A stretch of DNA of 64,000 nt from Acidobacteriota bacterium. GTDB lineage: Bacteria; Acidobacteriota; Thermoanaerobaculia; Multivoradales; Multivoraceae. The position numbers and the translations under genes were made by a program. The DNA lies in assembly GCA_003388555.1 (NCBI GenBank), contig QQVD01000057.1, forward strand, positions 43,192 through 107,191. The letters are read 5' to 3'. Of this stretch, positions 48,023-58,140 are shown one piece after another. Within the stretch, counting starts at the first letter, position 1; every line of letters begins with the position of its first letter. The notes below the pieces were generated by a model. It was not told the DNA's origin, did not search any database, and worked only from the letters and a program-made list of their open reading frames with translations.

Positions 48023-49774
48023 ATGATCGGTTCCCTGCTCAGCGACGCACAGCGCGCCCTGCTCGCCGACATCCGACGCGAGCTGACGGAGCTGTCGGAG
48101 CGCTTCGCGGAGTGGCACGTCTCGTCCTCCTCCCGGCAGACGCTTGCCGACACTCTCGAGACGCTCGACGAGCCGTTCCTGATCGTGGTCGTGGGTGAGT
48201 TCAACGCCGGCAAGAGCACGCTGCTCAATGCCCTGCTGGGAGACGACCTGCTCGCCGAAGGGGTGACGCCGACGACCTCGAAGGTGCACTGGATCCGTGG
48301 CGGCGGAGAAGCAGGCGCCGTGACGGAGCCGGCGGTCGACCGACGCGGGGTGGTGGTGGTGCGGGCGGATGCGCCGCTGCTGCGCGACACCGGCCTGGTC
48401 GACACTCCCGGCACCAACGCCATCGACAGGGAGCACGAAGCCCTCACCGAGGAGTTCGTCCCGCGCGCCGACGCCATCGTCTTCGTGACCTCCTCCGACC
48501 GGCCCTTCTCGGAGAGCGAGCGTCGCTTCCTGGCCCGGCTCGAGCGCTGGGGGAAGAAGACCGTGGTGGTGGTCAACAAGAGCGACCTGCTGGAGACCGA
48601 GGAGGATCGCGCCGAGGTCGCCCGTTTCGTGCGCGACGCCGCCACCGGCCTGCTCGGCGCCGAGCCGCCGACCTTCTTCGTCAGCGCCAGGCGTCAGCGC
48701 CGGAGCGACGCAGCGCTCGAGGCGAAGGGTGACGAGGGGTTCGCCGCCTTCGAGCGCTATCTGCTCGAGACCCTCGATCCCGAGCAGCGGTTCCGGCTCA
48801 AGGCGGAGACGCCGCTGAGGGTGGCCACCGAGCTGATCCGCGAGCGACGCGACGACCTCGAGGGTTTGAAGGAGCTGCTCGCCGACGACTTCGAGACCCT
48901 GGAGCGGATCGAGGCGCAGAACGCCGCCTTCCACCAGGACATGCGGCGGGAGTTCGAGTTCCGCCTCGGTGACATCGACAGCGTGCTGCACGATCTCGAG
49001 CTGCGCGGAGTGCGCTTCTTCGACGAGGCGCTACGGCTGCGCAACGTCGGCGAGCTCCTGCAGCGGCGTCAGGTGGAGCGTCGCTTCCGCCGCGAGGTGA
49101 TCGGTGACATGGCGGATCAGGTGGACCGCAAGGTGCACGACCTGATCGATTGGATGGTCGCCAGCGAGCACCGCCAGTGGCGGGCCCTCGAGCAGCACAC
49201 CCGTGAACGCCTGCAGCGGCACGAGGGCAGTGTGGTGGGTACGGTCCAGGCTCCCCTCGAGACGCAGCGCGACCGGCTGCTCGAGTCGATGGGGCGCGCC
49301 GCGCGCGGCGCCGTCGAGCGCTTCGACCGCGACACCGAGGCCACCCGCCTGGCGGAATCGGTGCGCAAGGCGGTGGCGGGCGCCGCACTGCTCGAGGCGG
49401 GCGCTCTCGGCCTCGGTGGGATCTTCGCCATCGCCGCGATGACCAGCGCCGTCGACGTCACCGGAGTGCTGGCCGCCGGCACGGTCGCTGCCCTCGGTCT
49501 GGTGGTGCTCCCGGCGCGTCGGCGCCGGGCCAAGGCCGAGCTGCGTCGCAGCCTCGCCGAGCTGCGCGACAGGCTGATGCAGGCCCTGCGCGGCGCCTTC
49601 GATTCCGAGCTCGCGAGCGCCGAGAGACGGCTGCACGAGGCGACTGGCCCGTACACCCGGTTCGTGCGCTCCGAGGCGCAGAGGATCGACGACCAGCTGG
49701 ACGCCCTGGGCTCGCGTCGGGCGGAGGTGGAGGGGCTCCTGCTGCGGGTTGGCCGGATCGGGGAGTCCCGCTGA
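48023..49774 (+). CDS. Bacterial dynamin-like GTPase.
   Basis: G1 motif VVGEFNAGKSTLLNALLG, G3 DTPG, G4 NKSD. Long helical stalk with a hydrophobic paddle (ALLEAGALGLGGIFAIAAMTSAVDVTGVLAAGTVAALGLVVL). Confidence 0.8.
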   Translation: MIGSLLSDAQRALLADIRRELTELSERFAEWHVSSSSRQTLADTLETLDEPFLIVVVGEFNAGKSTLLNALLGDDLLAEGVTPTTSKVHWIRGGGEAGAVTEPAVDRRGVVVVRADAPLLRDTGLVDTPGTNAIDREHEALTEEFVPRADAIVFVTSSDRPFSESERRFLARLERWGKKTVVVVNKSDLLETEEDRAEVARFVRDAATGLLGAEPPTFFVSARRQRRSDAALEAKGDEGFAAFERYLLETLDPEQRFRLKAETPLRVATELIRERRDDLEGLKELLADDFETLERIEAQNAAFHQDMRREFEFRLGDIDSVLHDLELRGVRFFDEALRLRNVGELLQRRQVERRFRREVIGDMADQVDRKVHDLIDWMVASEHRQWRALEQHTRERLQRHEGSVVGTVQAPLETQRDRLLESMGRAARGAVERFDRDTEATRLAESVRKAVAGAALLEAGALGLGGIFAIAAMTSAVDVTGVLAAGTVAALGLVVLPARRRRAKAELRRSLAELRDRLMQALRGAFDSELASAERRLHEATGPYTRFVRSEAQRIDDQLDALGSRRAEVEGLLLRVGRIGESR

Positions 49775-50231
49775 GCCGTCGAGTCTGCGCTCGGGCATCG
49801 GGCTGCGTGGCATGGCGGTGGGAAGTCAGGCGCGCTCACGGACGTTGCGGTTCACCGTGGACGCGCGACCGCCGCGACCGCGGGATAGCATCGGTCTACA
49901 CTGTCCGTTCCCGACCGGGCCTTCGGCTCGTACATCGGAAGCGGGTCGGCGGCCGAACCCAGATTCGTATCCGGACCCCAGTCGAGTCGGGGCCGCTGCG
50001 CCATCCGGGCGATCGAGCGGGTCGTCGCGATCCGGCGGCCGCGCAGGTGGTGCAACAGCAGCCTCCCTGCCGCCGTCTCCCTCGACAGCGCGGTCGGCGG
50101 TCCGCACGGCCAGTCTCCCGCCGACTACGCACCTCGCCCCGCATTGCACCCGAACCCCCTTTGTCCAGAAAACCGAATCGTGAGCTGCGGGCCGGTTGCC
50201 CGTTGGTCCCTTCTCCCACCGAGGCTTTGAC

Positions 50232-52499
50232 ATGACGCTCTCACCGCACAGCGGACGACCGATCGACCTCCCGAACTCGACCCCGGGCCAACACGGCGCG
50301 GCCCCGACCGGGCTCGCACTGGCCCTGGCCCTGACGCTCGCGGTGGCGACCGCCGCCTCCGCCAGCGAGTGGGCCGAGTGGCGCGGGCCCAAGCAGACCG
50401 GCGTCTCCGCCGAGACCGGCCTGATCGACAGCTGGTCGAAGGATGGTGAGAACGTCGCCTGGAGAGCCGACTTCATCGGTCGCTCGACCCCCATCGTGAT
50501 GCGCGGCAAGGTCTTCGTGTCCGGTCGCGCCGGCGAGGGAGCGATGCGGCGCGAGATCGTCGTGGCGTTCGACGCCGAAGACGGCGAGAAGCTCTGGGAG
50601 GTCAACGTGCCGACCCACCTGACCACCGTGCCCTACAACCGTGCCGGCTGGGCGGCGTTGGCGGGCGATCTGGAGACGGGATACGTCTACTACCAGGGCA
50701 TCGGCGGGCCGTTCCTCTGCATCGACGAGAACGGTGAGATCGTCTGGGAGCGCTCGCTCTACGAGGAGCTCGGGCGCTTCTCGGGCTACGGCGGTCGCAC
50801 CCACACGCCGCTGGTCGACGAGGACCAGGTGATCGTCGACGTGGTCAACAGCAGCTGGGGCCCGATGGGTAGACCGCTGCACCGCTACTTCTCGTTCGAC
50901 AAGCGCACCGGCGACGTGCTGTGGATCTCGGCTCCCGGAGAGTCGCCGGAAGACCTCAACACGCAATCCAACGGCGTCGTCGCGGTGATCGACGGCCAGC
51001 GGCTCTACATCTCGGGCAACGCCGACGGCAACGTCTACGCGCTCCAGGCCCGCACCGGCGAGCTGGTGTGGAAGTTCCAGCTCTCCAAGCGCGGCGCCAA
51101 CAGCACCCCGGTGGTGGTCGGCAACACCATCTTCTACGGCCACTCCGAGGAGAACATCGACGAGGCGGTGCTGGGGCGCACGGTGGCGATCGATGCGCGC
51201 GGAAGCGGCGACATCACCAAGACGAACGAGCTGTGGCGGCGCAACATCAGCATGGGCTTCCCGTCGCCGATGTACCACGACGGCACCCTGTTCGTGATGG
51301 ACAACTCGGCCAACCTCTTCGCCCTGGATCCCGAAACCGGTGAGACCCTGGCCGAGCACTCCACCGGCACCGTCGGCAAGTCGGCGCCGGTGTGGGCCGA
51401 CGGCAAGATCTACGTCACCGAGGTCAACGGCAACTTCCACATCCTCCGCTACCACCCGCCGGAGGACGGCGAAGAGGGTCGGTTCGAGGTCCTCGACAGT
51501 GAGTTCATCACCGTCGACGGCGAGCGCTACGCCGAGATCTACGCCTCCCCGGCGATCGCCTACGGCCGTGTGTACTTCACCACCGAGGAGGGTGTGTACG
51601 CGCTGGGAGATCCGGCCAGGCCGTTCCGGGTCGCCGCCGATCCGCCGCGCCAGGCGGCCGCCGAGGGCGCGGCCGGGGAGCTGGCGACGATCCGCGTGGT
51701 GCCGGGCGACAGCACCGTCGATCTGGGCGACACGATCGAGTACCGGCTGCGCGGCTTCGACCGTCTCGGTCGGCGGGTGCCGGACGCGTCGATCGGCGAA
51801 GTCGCCTGGAGCCTCGAAGGCCTCGAGGCGACCTTCGAGGGCAACCGACTGAAGTTGCCGTCCGGCGGTTCGCCGCAGGCCGGGATGGTCGTCGCCACGG
51901 TCGGCGACCTGTCCCACAAGGGCCGGCTACGGGCCTTCGGGAGCCTTCCGTTCAGCGACGACTTCGAAGTGGAACGTCCGCGCCCCTACTGGATCGGAGC
52001 CGGACGCTACGCGATCGCCGAGGTCGACGGACAGAAGGTGGTGGAGAAACCGGTCGCGGCCACCGGCCTGCTGCGCTCGATGCTCTTCGTCGGGCCTCCC
52101 GACTGGAGCGACTACACGGTCACGGTCGACCTGATGGGCAACCAGCAGGGGCGGCGGCGCACCGACGGCGGCGTCGTCGCCGGTGGCTACATCCTCGACC
52201 TGCTCGGCGTGAAGCAGGAGATCCAGATCCGCTCCTGGCAGGCGGTGCTCCGCATGGCGGTCACCCAGCCGTTCGAGTGGGAGATGGGGGTCTGGTACAC
52301 GATGAAGCTGCGGGTCGAAACCTCACCGGAGGAGGCCCGGATCTTCGGCAAGGTCTGGAAGCGGGGAGAGGCGGAGCCTGCGGAGTGGACGATCACCGCG
52401 GTCGATCCGCTGCCGATCTCGAAGGGCGCCCCCGCCCTGCAGGCTTACTCGCCGGCCAGCATGTACTTCGACAACCTGCGGATCACGGCCAACGACTGA
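50232..52499 (+). CDS. Secreted PQQ-like beta-propeller protein with a C-terminal ~250-aa extra domain (paralog 2).
   Basis: Signal peptide TGLALALALTLAVATAASASEW. Blade motifs WAEWRGPKQTG, GKVFVSG...VVAFDAEDGEKLWE, NVYALQARTGELVWKF, LFALDPETGETL. C-terminal non-propeller region (EVDGQKVVEKP...YFDNLRITAND). Confidence 0.75.
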   Translation: MTLSPHSGRPIDLPNSTPGQHGAAPTGLALALALTLAVATAASASEWAEWRGPKQTGVSAETGLIDSWSKDGENVAWRADFIGRSTPIVMRGKVFVSGRAGEGAMRREIVVAFDAEDGEKLWEVNVPTHLTTVPYNRAGWAALAGDLETGYVYYQGIGGPFLCIDENGEIVWERSLYEELGRFSGYGGRTHTPLVDEDQVIVDVVNSSWGPMGRPLHRYFSFDKRTGDVLWISAPGESPEDLNTQSNGVVAVIDGQRLYISGNADGNVYALQARTGELVWKFQLSKRGANSTPVVVGNTIFYGHSEENIDEAVLGRTVAIDARGSGDITKTNELWRRNISMGFPSPMYHDGTLFVMDNSANLFALDPETGETLAEHSTGTVGKSAPVWADGKIYVTEVNGNFHILRYHPPEDGEEGRFEVLDSEFITVDGERYAEIYASPAIAYGRVYFTTEEGVYALGDPARPFRVAADPPRQAAAEGAAGELATIRVVPGDSTVDLGDTIEYRLRGFDRLGRRVPDASIGEVAWSLEGLEATFEGNRLKLPSGGSPQAGMVVATVGDLSHKGRLRAFGSLPFSDDFEVERPRPYWIGAGRYAIAEVDGQKVVEKPVAATGLLRSMLFVGPPDWSDYTVTVDLMGNQQGRRRTDGGVVAGGYILDLLGVKQEIQIRSWQAVLRMAVTQPFEWEMGVWYTMKLRVETSPEEARIFGKVWKRGEAEPAEWTITAVDPLPISKGAPALQAYSPASMYFDNLRITAND

Positions 52500-52628
52500 T
52501 CCGGAGTCCTCCGGCGCCCGAGGGAACCGATCGGGCCGCAGGATTCGTCTGCGCCGGGACGCTCCACAGGAAGAACTCAGGAAAACCGCGCCGCCTGGGC
52601 GGCGGCTGACGAGAAGGAAGAGCATTCG

Positions 52629-54119
52629 ATGACCAAGCAGAACAGCAGACGAGCCACGAAGCGCGAAGACATTCGGGCAGGCGGGGCCCTCGCCACCGGC
52701 GTCGCCGCCGTCGCGACGGTGCTGGCCCTGGCGCCGACGGGCGCGCTGGCGGCGGAGAAGCCGGCGATGTACGGCAACACGCCGAGCCGCAACATGGCCT
52801 CTCCCGAGAAGGGCCTGCCCAGCGAGTGGGACGTCGACTCCGGCAAGAACATCCTCTGGCGCGCCAAGGTCGGTTCGCAGACCTACGCCGGGCCCGTGGT
52901 GCACGACGGCCGCGTCTACGTCGGCACCAACAACGAGGGTCTGCGCCGACCCGGCATCGAAGGCGACAAGGGCGTCGTGATGGCGTTCTCGATCGAGGAC
53001 GGTGAGCTCCTCTGGCAGGCGACGCACGACAAGTTGGGCGCCGGCCGGGTGAACGACTGGCCGCTGCAGGGCGTCTGCTCGACACCGCACATCGAGGACG
53101 GCATCGCCTACTACCTCTCCAACGAGGCCACCGTGGTGGCCGTAGACGTCGAGGGCTTCCGCGACGGTGAGAACGACGGTCCCTACAAGGACGAGAAGTT
53201 GACCACCGAGCTCGATGCGGACTTCCTCTGGTCGTACGACCTGATCGCCGAGCTCGACGTCTTCCCGCACAACCTCGCGGCGAGCTCGCCGCTGGTGGTC
53301 GGCGACATCGTCTACGTGACCACCGGCAACGGAGTCGACGAGGGGCACGTCAACATCCCGTCGCCGCTCGGCCCGAGCTTCGTCGCAATCAACAAGAAGA
53401 CCGGCGAGCTGGTCTGGGAATCGGCGCTGCCCGGCGACGCCATCCTCCACGGCACCTGGTCGAACGCCGCCTACGGCGTCGCCAACGGCGTCGAGCAGAT
53501 CGCCTTCCCGGGTGGAGACGGCTGGCTCTACTCGTTCGAGCCCAAGACCGGCCACCTGCTGTGGAAGTACGACCTCAATCCCAAGGACTCGATCTGGGAG
53601 CTCGGCGGCAGCGGCACCCGCAACAACGTGATCTCGACGCCGGTCTTCTACAAGGACCGCTTCTACATCGGAGTCGGCCAGGATCCCGAGCACGGTGAGG
53701 GCCCCGGCAACTTCTACGCCATCGACGCCACGCTGGAGGGTGACGTCACCGACAAGGCAAAGGTCTGGTCGGTCGGCGGCGAGGACTTCAACCGCACGAT
53801 CTCCACCGCCGCGATCGCCGACGGCATCGTCTACGTGCCCGACCTCAGCGGCTTCCTCTACGCCTTCGACGCCGAGACCGGCGAGCATCTGTGGACCCAC
53901 GACACCTTCGCGGCGATCTGGGGCTCCCCGCTGGTCGCCGACGGCAGGATCTACCTCGGCGACGAGGACGGAGACGTGGTGGTGCTCGAGGCTGGACGTA
54001 AGGAGAAGGTCATCGCCGAGATGAACATGGGCTCGGCGGTCTACACCACGCCGTACCCCAAGGACGGCGTTCTCTACATCGCTTCGCGTTCCGAGCTCTT
54101 CGCGATCAAGGCTCAGTGA
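52629..54119 (+). CDS. Secreted PQQ-like beta-propeller protein (paralog 3).
   Basis: GAAGGAAG lies 9 nt upstream. Signal peptide AVATVLALAPTGALAAE. Blade motifs GRVYVGTNN...VMAFSIEDGELLWQ, LYSFEPKTGHLLWKY, LYAFDAETGEHLWTH, GRIYLGDEDGDVVVLEAG. Confidence 0.75.
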   Translation: MTKQNSRRATKREDIRAGGALATGVAAVATVLALAPTGALAAEKPAMYGNTPSRNMASPEKGLPSEWDVDSGKNILWRAKVGSQTYAGPVVHDGRVYVGTNNEGLRRPGIEGDKGVVMAFSIEDGELLWQATHDKLGAGRVNDWPLQGVCSTPHIEDGIAYYLSNEATVVAVDVEGFRDGENDGPYKDEKLTTELDADFLWSYDLIAELDVFPHNLAASSPLVVGDIVYVTTGNGVDEGHVNIPSPLGPSFVAINKKTGELVWESALPGDAILHGTWSNAAYGVANGVEQIAFPGGDGWLYSFEPKTGHLLWKYDLNPKDSIWELGGSGTRNNVISTPVFYKDRFYIGVGQDPEHGEGPGNFYAIDATLEGDVTDKAKVWSVGGEDFNRTISTAAIADGIVYVPDLSGFLYAFDAETGEHLWTHDTFAAIWGSPLVADGRIYLGDEDGDVVVLEAGRKEKVIAEMNMGSAVYTTPYPKDGVLYIASRSELFAIKAQ

Positions 54120-54270
54120 GACCCACGGCGAAGGCGGCGGAGGAGAGCGCCATGGAGTGCACGGCGGAGTGCCCGATCGAGGCCGAGACGGTGCCGCGAC
54201 CGCCGCCGCCGTGGGGCTTCGTGCGCGACCTCTGTGACGGGCGGCGGCCGTCGCCAGACCTCGGTTCCTC

Positions 54271-55467
54271 ATGACGAGCCCGCGACGAGCCGAAGCGCCC
54301 CCGGGCGAGCCCGACGCCGCCTGGCGGGTGAGCCTGCGGGCGGCCGAGATCGAGGCGGGACCCGGGTCGCTGTCGCGGCTCGGGGACCTCGCCGTCGAGC
54401 TCGGCGGGCGACGGGTGCTGCTGGTCAGCGATCCCGGCCTCGAAGCCGCCGGGCACGTCGCCAGGGCCTGCGACAGCCTGGTGCATGCTGGCGTGCAGTT
54501 CGAGCTCTTCGTCGGAGTGGAGGAGAACCCCACCGAAGCGTGTGTCGAGCGCGGCCTGGCGGCGGCCCGACGCCTCGAGCCCGATCTGCTGGTGGCGCTG
54601 GGCGGCGGTTCGGTGATGGACGCCACCAAGGGGGTCAACTTCCTGCTCACCAACGGCGGCAGGATGGAGGACTACTGGGGCTTCGGCAAGGCGAAGCGGC
54701 CAATGCTGCCGTCGATCGGCGTCCCCTGCACCGCCGGCACCGGCAGCGAGGCGCAGTCTTTCGCGCTGATCTCGCGCAACGTCGATCACGTCAAGATGGC
54801 GTGCGGCGACGCCAAGGCTCGCTTCACCCGGGTGCTGCTCGATCCCGAGGTGCTCGAGACGGTGCCCCGTGATGTCGCGGCGATCACCGGCATGGACGCC
54901 CTCTCGCACGCGGTGGAGAGTTTCGCCACCAGGACCCGCCACCCGATCTCGACCGCATTCGCCGCGGCCGCCTGGCGCCTGCTCGACGCGGCCTTCCCGC
55001 CGCTGATGCGCTCCAACCCGGGGCATGACGCCCGCGAGCAGATGCTCGCCGGCGCCTACCTCGCAGGTGCCGCGATCGAGACTTCGATGCTCGGCCTGGC
55101 GCACGCCCTGGCGAATCCGCTGACCGCCCGCCACGGTGTCACCCACGGAATCGCGGTCGGGCTGGTGCTGCCCAACGTGGTGCGGTTCAACGGCGAGCTC
55201 TGCGAGCCCATCTATCGACAGCTGGTCTCCGTATCTCCAGGGGAGTCCGCCGCCGAGGCCCTCGCGCTGCGTCTCGAGGAGCTGCGTGCGCTCGCGGGTT
55301 TGCCCGAGACACTCGAGGCAGCTGGCGTCGCCGAGGCCGAGATCGATGCCCTGGCGACGGCGGCGGCCGCGCAGTGGACGGCCGCACACAATCCACGCCC
55401 CGCCGAGCCGGCACAGCTCTCCGAGCTGTATCGCCGGTCGTTGGAGGCCAAGGAGGCGATCGCGTGA
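54271..55467 (+). CDS. Iron-containing (group III) alcohol dehydrogenase family oxidoreductase. It has no signal peptide.
   Basis: LVALGGGSVMDATKGV, GVPCTAGTGSE, MDALSHAVESF, GVTHGIAVGLVLP are Fe-ADH hallmarks. Confidence 0.85.
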   Translation: MTSPRRAEAPPGEPDAAWRVSLRAAEIEAGPGSLSRLGDLAVELGGRRVLLVSDPGLEAAGHVARACDSLVHAGVQFELFVGVEENPTEACVERGLAAARRLEPDLLVALGGGSVMDATKGVNFLLTNGGRMEDYWGFGKAKRPMLPSIGVPCTAGTGSEAQSFALISRNVDHVKMACGDAKARFTRVLLDPEVLETVPRDVAAITGMDALSHAVESFATRTRHPISTAFAAAAWRLLDAAFPPLMRSNPGHDAREQMLAGAYLAGAAIETSMLGLAHALANPLTARHGVTHGIAVGLVLPNVVRFNGELCEPIYRQLVSVSPGESAAEALALRLEELRALAGLPETLEAAGVAEAEIDALATAAAAQWTAAHNPRPAEPAQLSELYRRSLEAKEAIA

Positions 55468-56681
55468 AGCTCTCGACAGACACCTCCCGACTTCGTTGGC
55501 GCCGGGCCCGCGGAACCGCCGGTCGGGACGGCGGCGGCAGGCGCTCGGCCCTGGCCACGGCCCTGGCCCTGCCCCTGACCCTCGCCGTGATCCCGGTCGC
55601 CGCGGCGCTGGCGGCCGATCCAGCCGAACGACTCAAGCCGGATCCCGACAACTGGCCGGTGTTCCGCGGCGACCTGAGCCTGCGCGGAGTCGCCGCCGGC
55701 ACCCTGCCCGCGACGCCGACGCTCGAGTGGACCTTCGACGCGGGTAGCGACATCGAGGGCACCGCCGCGATCGCCGACGACCGTGTCTTCGTCGGCACCT
55801 TCGCCGGCGACTTCGTGGCGATCGGCCTGCAGACCGGCAAGGAGCTCTGGCGCTTCAACGTCGGCGATGCCGCAGTGCAGTCCTCACCCGGCGTCTACGG
55901 TGACAAGGTCTTCTTCGGCGACGAGTTCGGCGTCTTCCACGCCCTCGACGTCGCCACCGGCAAGGAGGTCTGGAAGTTCGAGACCCGCGCCGAGATCCTC
56001 TCTTCGCCGACCTTCCATCGCGACCTGGTGATCATCGGCTCCTACGATCAGTTCCTCTACGCCCTGCGCCGCGACAGCGGCGAGCTGGTGTGGAAGGTGG
56101 AGACCGAGGGCTACATCCACGCCACCCCGGCGATCGTCGGCGACACGGTCACCGTCAGCGGATGCGACGGCTTCCTCTGGCTCATCGGGCTCGCCGACGG
56201 CGAGGTGCGGGCCAAGATCGATCTCGGCGGCCAGAGCGGCGCCAGCCCGGCGGTGGTCGGCGACCTGGCCTACGTCGGCACCTACGAGAACGAGGTGCTG
56301 GCGATCGACACCGCGGCGAAGAAGGTGCTGTGGCGTTACGAGCATCCTTCGCGCAAGTTCCCCTACTACGCCTCCGCCGCGGTCACCGACAACGCGGTGG
56401 TGATCGGCGGCCGCGACAAGATCCTGCGCGCCCTCGACCGCGACGACGGCTCGACCCTGTGGGAGTGGAACTCGGGGTCGCGGATCGATTCGTCGGTCGT
56501 GGTGGTGGGGGAGCGCGGCTTCGTCGGCACCAAGAACGGCGAGGTCGTCGCGGTGCGTCTGTCGGACGGCGAGATCGTCTGGCGCTACGACACCGGGTCG
56601 GCGATCGTTTCCTCACCGGCGCTGGCCAAGGGCCGGTTGGTGATCGGCAGCCTGGACGGCGTCGTCTACAGTTTCAAGTGA
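55464..56681 (+). CDS. Secreted PQQ-like beta-propeller protein (paralog 4), translationally coupled to the Fe-ADH gene.
   Basis: GTG overlaps the Fe-ADH stop (GTGA). Signal peptide LATALALPLTLAVIPVAAALAA. Blade motifs NWPVFRGDLSLRG, FVAIGLQTGKELWRF, FHALDVATGKEVWKF, LYALRRDSGELVWKV, LRALDRDDGSTLWEW, VVAVRLSDGEIVWRY. Confidence 0.75.
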   Translation: MKLSTDTSRLRWRRARGTAGRDGGGRRSALATALALPLTLAVIPVAAALAADPAERLKPDPDNWPVFRGDLSLRGVAAGTLPATPTLEWTFDAGSDIEGTAAIADDRVFVGTFAGDFVAIGLQTGKELWRFNVGDAAVQSSPGVYGDKVFFGDEFGVFHALDVATGKEVWKFETRAEILSSPTFHRDLVIIGSYDQFLYALRRDSGELVWKVETEGYIHATPAIVGDTVTVSGCDGFLWLIGLADGEVRAKIDLGGQSGASPAVVGDLAYVGTYENEVLAIDTAAKKVLWRYEHPSRKFPYYASAAVTDNAVVIGGRDKILRALDRDDGSTLWEWNSGSRIDSSVVVVGERGFVGTKNGEVVAVRLSDGEIVWRYDTGSAIVSSPALAKGRLVIGSLDGVVYSFK

Positions 56682-56793
56682 GGTCTCGAGGGAGCGGCGT
56701 GGCCGTTGGGCGGCCCGAGCCCCTCGAGGCGGCTGGCGTCGGCTCGACGCGACCCGACATCGGCTCTCGCAGCACACGGAAGGAAGGCCTGAG

Positions 56794-58140
56794 ATGGAAG
56801 TGAGCACCGAATCGACCCGACTCGAGCCTGCGACCTCGCAGCTCGACCTCGCGGCGACCGACGTCGGCTCGGTCTTCGTCTCGAACTACCCTCCGTACTC
56901 GTTCTGGAGCGAGGAGGCGATTCCCGCTGCCGAGAGAGCCCTCGCCGAGCCGGGAGATCCCGACACGCCGCTCGGGCTCTACCTGCACATCCCGTTCTGT
57001 CGCAAGCGCTGCCGCTTCTGCTACTTCCGCGTCTTCACCGACAAGAACGCCGAGCAGATCCAGGGCTACCTCGACGCCCTCGGCAGTGAGGTGGAGCGCC
57101 TCGCCGAGATGCCGGCGGTGCGGGATCGCAAGCTGCACTTCGTCTACTTCGGGGGCGGCACCCCGTCCTACATCGCGGTCAAGCAGCTCGAGCCGCTGGT
57201 CGAGCGTCTCAAGGCGGCGATGCCCTGGGAGCACGCCGATGAGATCGCCTTCGAGTGTGAGCCGGGCACGCTGACCCAGAGCAAGCTCGAAGCGCTGCGC
57301 GAGATCGGCGTGACGCGGTTGAGCCTGGGGATCGAGAACTTCGACGACGAGATCCTCGAGATCAACGGTCGCGCCCACCTGAGCAAGGAGATCGAGAGGG
57401 TGCGCGAGTGGATCCACGGGCTCGACTTTCCCCAGCTCAACGTCGACCTGATCGCCGGCATGCTCGGCGAGACCTGGGAGACCTGGCGCGACACGGTGCA
57501 GAAGACGATCGACTACGACCCCGACAGCGTCACCGTCTACCAGATGGAGCTTCCTTTCAACACACGCTTCTCGCGCCAGAAGCTGAGCGGCGAGGAGATC
57601 GAGATCGCCGACTGGCAGACCAAGCGCGCCTGGCACGCCTACGCCTTCGAGGAGTTCGAGAAGGCGGGGTTCGAGATCTCGAGCGGTTACACGGTCCTGC
57701 GCGCGGATCGCAAGTCGCGTTTCGTCTACCGCGACGCGGTGTGGAGCGGCGCCGACATGCTCGGCACCGGGGTCTCTTCGTTCTCCCACCTCCGCGGCGT
57801 GCACTTCCAGAACGTCGACGGCTGGGACGATTACATGCAACGCATGCAGGCTGGCGAGAGCCCGATCCAGCGTGCTTTCGTGACCACCGCGCGCGAGCGC
57901 CTGGTGCGCGAGATGATCCTCACCATGAAGCGCGGCCTGGTCGACCTGGCGCGGCTGCGCGACAAGCACGGCGAGGACCCGCTGGCGCTGTTCGCCGATC
58001 GGTTCGACGAGCTGGAGGCGCAGGGCCTGCTGCGTCGTGACGGCCACCGCGTCGAGCTCGAACGCGCCGGTCTGCTGCGGGTCGACCAGCTGCTGCCGGG
58101 CTTCTACGACGAGCGCTACCGCAACGCTCGCTATACCTGA
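56794..58140 (+). CDS. HemN-like radical SAM enzyme (coproporphyrinogen-III oxidase-like / HemW family).
   Basis: VSNYPPYSFW...LYLHIPFCRKRCRFCYF (CxxxCxxC). FVYFGGGTPS. HemN-type C-terminal domain. Confidence 0.9.
   Translation: MEVSTESTRLEPATSQLDLAATDVGSVFVSNYPPYSFWSEEAIPAAERALAEPGDPDTPLGLYLHIPFCRKRCRFCYFRVFTDKNAEQIQGYLDALGSEVERLAEMPAVRDRKLHFVYFGGGTPSYIAVKQLEPLVERLKAAMPWEHADEIAFECEPGTLTQSKLEALREIGVTRLSLGIENFDDEILEINGRAHLSKEIERVREWIHGLDFPQLNVDLIAGMLGETWETWRDTVQKTIDYDPDSVTVYQMELPFNTRFSRQKLSGEEIEIADWQTKRAWHAYAFEEFEKAGFEISSGYTVLRADRKSRFVYRDAVWSGADMLGTGVSSFSHLRGVHFQNVDGWDDYMQRMQAGESPIQRAFVTTARERLVREMILTMKRGLVDLARLRDKHGEDPLALFADRFDELEAQGLLRRDGHRVELERAGLLRVDQLLPGFYDERYRNARYT

Noticed and set aside
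52500-52628. Hairpins CCGGAGTCCTCCGG and CGCCGCCTGGGCGGCGGC between the first and second PQQ-propeller genes, as possible terminators.
   Set aside because: The stems are short, there is no U-tract, and the downstream gene has its own strong RBS only ~20 nt later. They are more likely incidental GC palindromes or at most a weak attenuator, so I did not call them as features.
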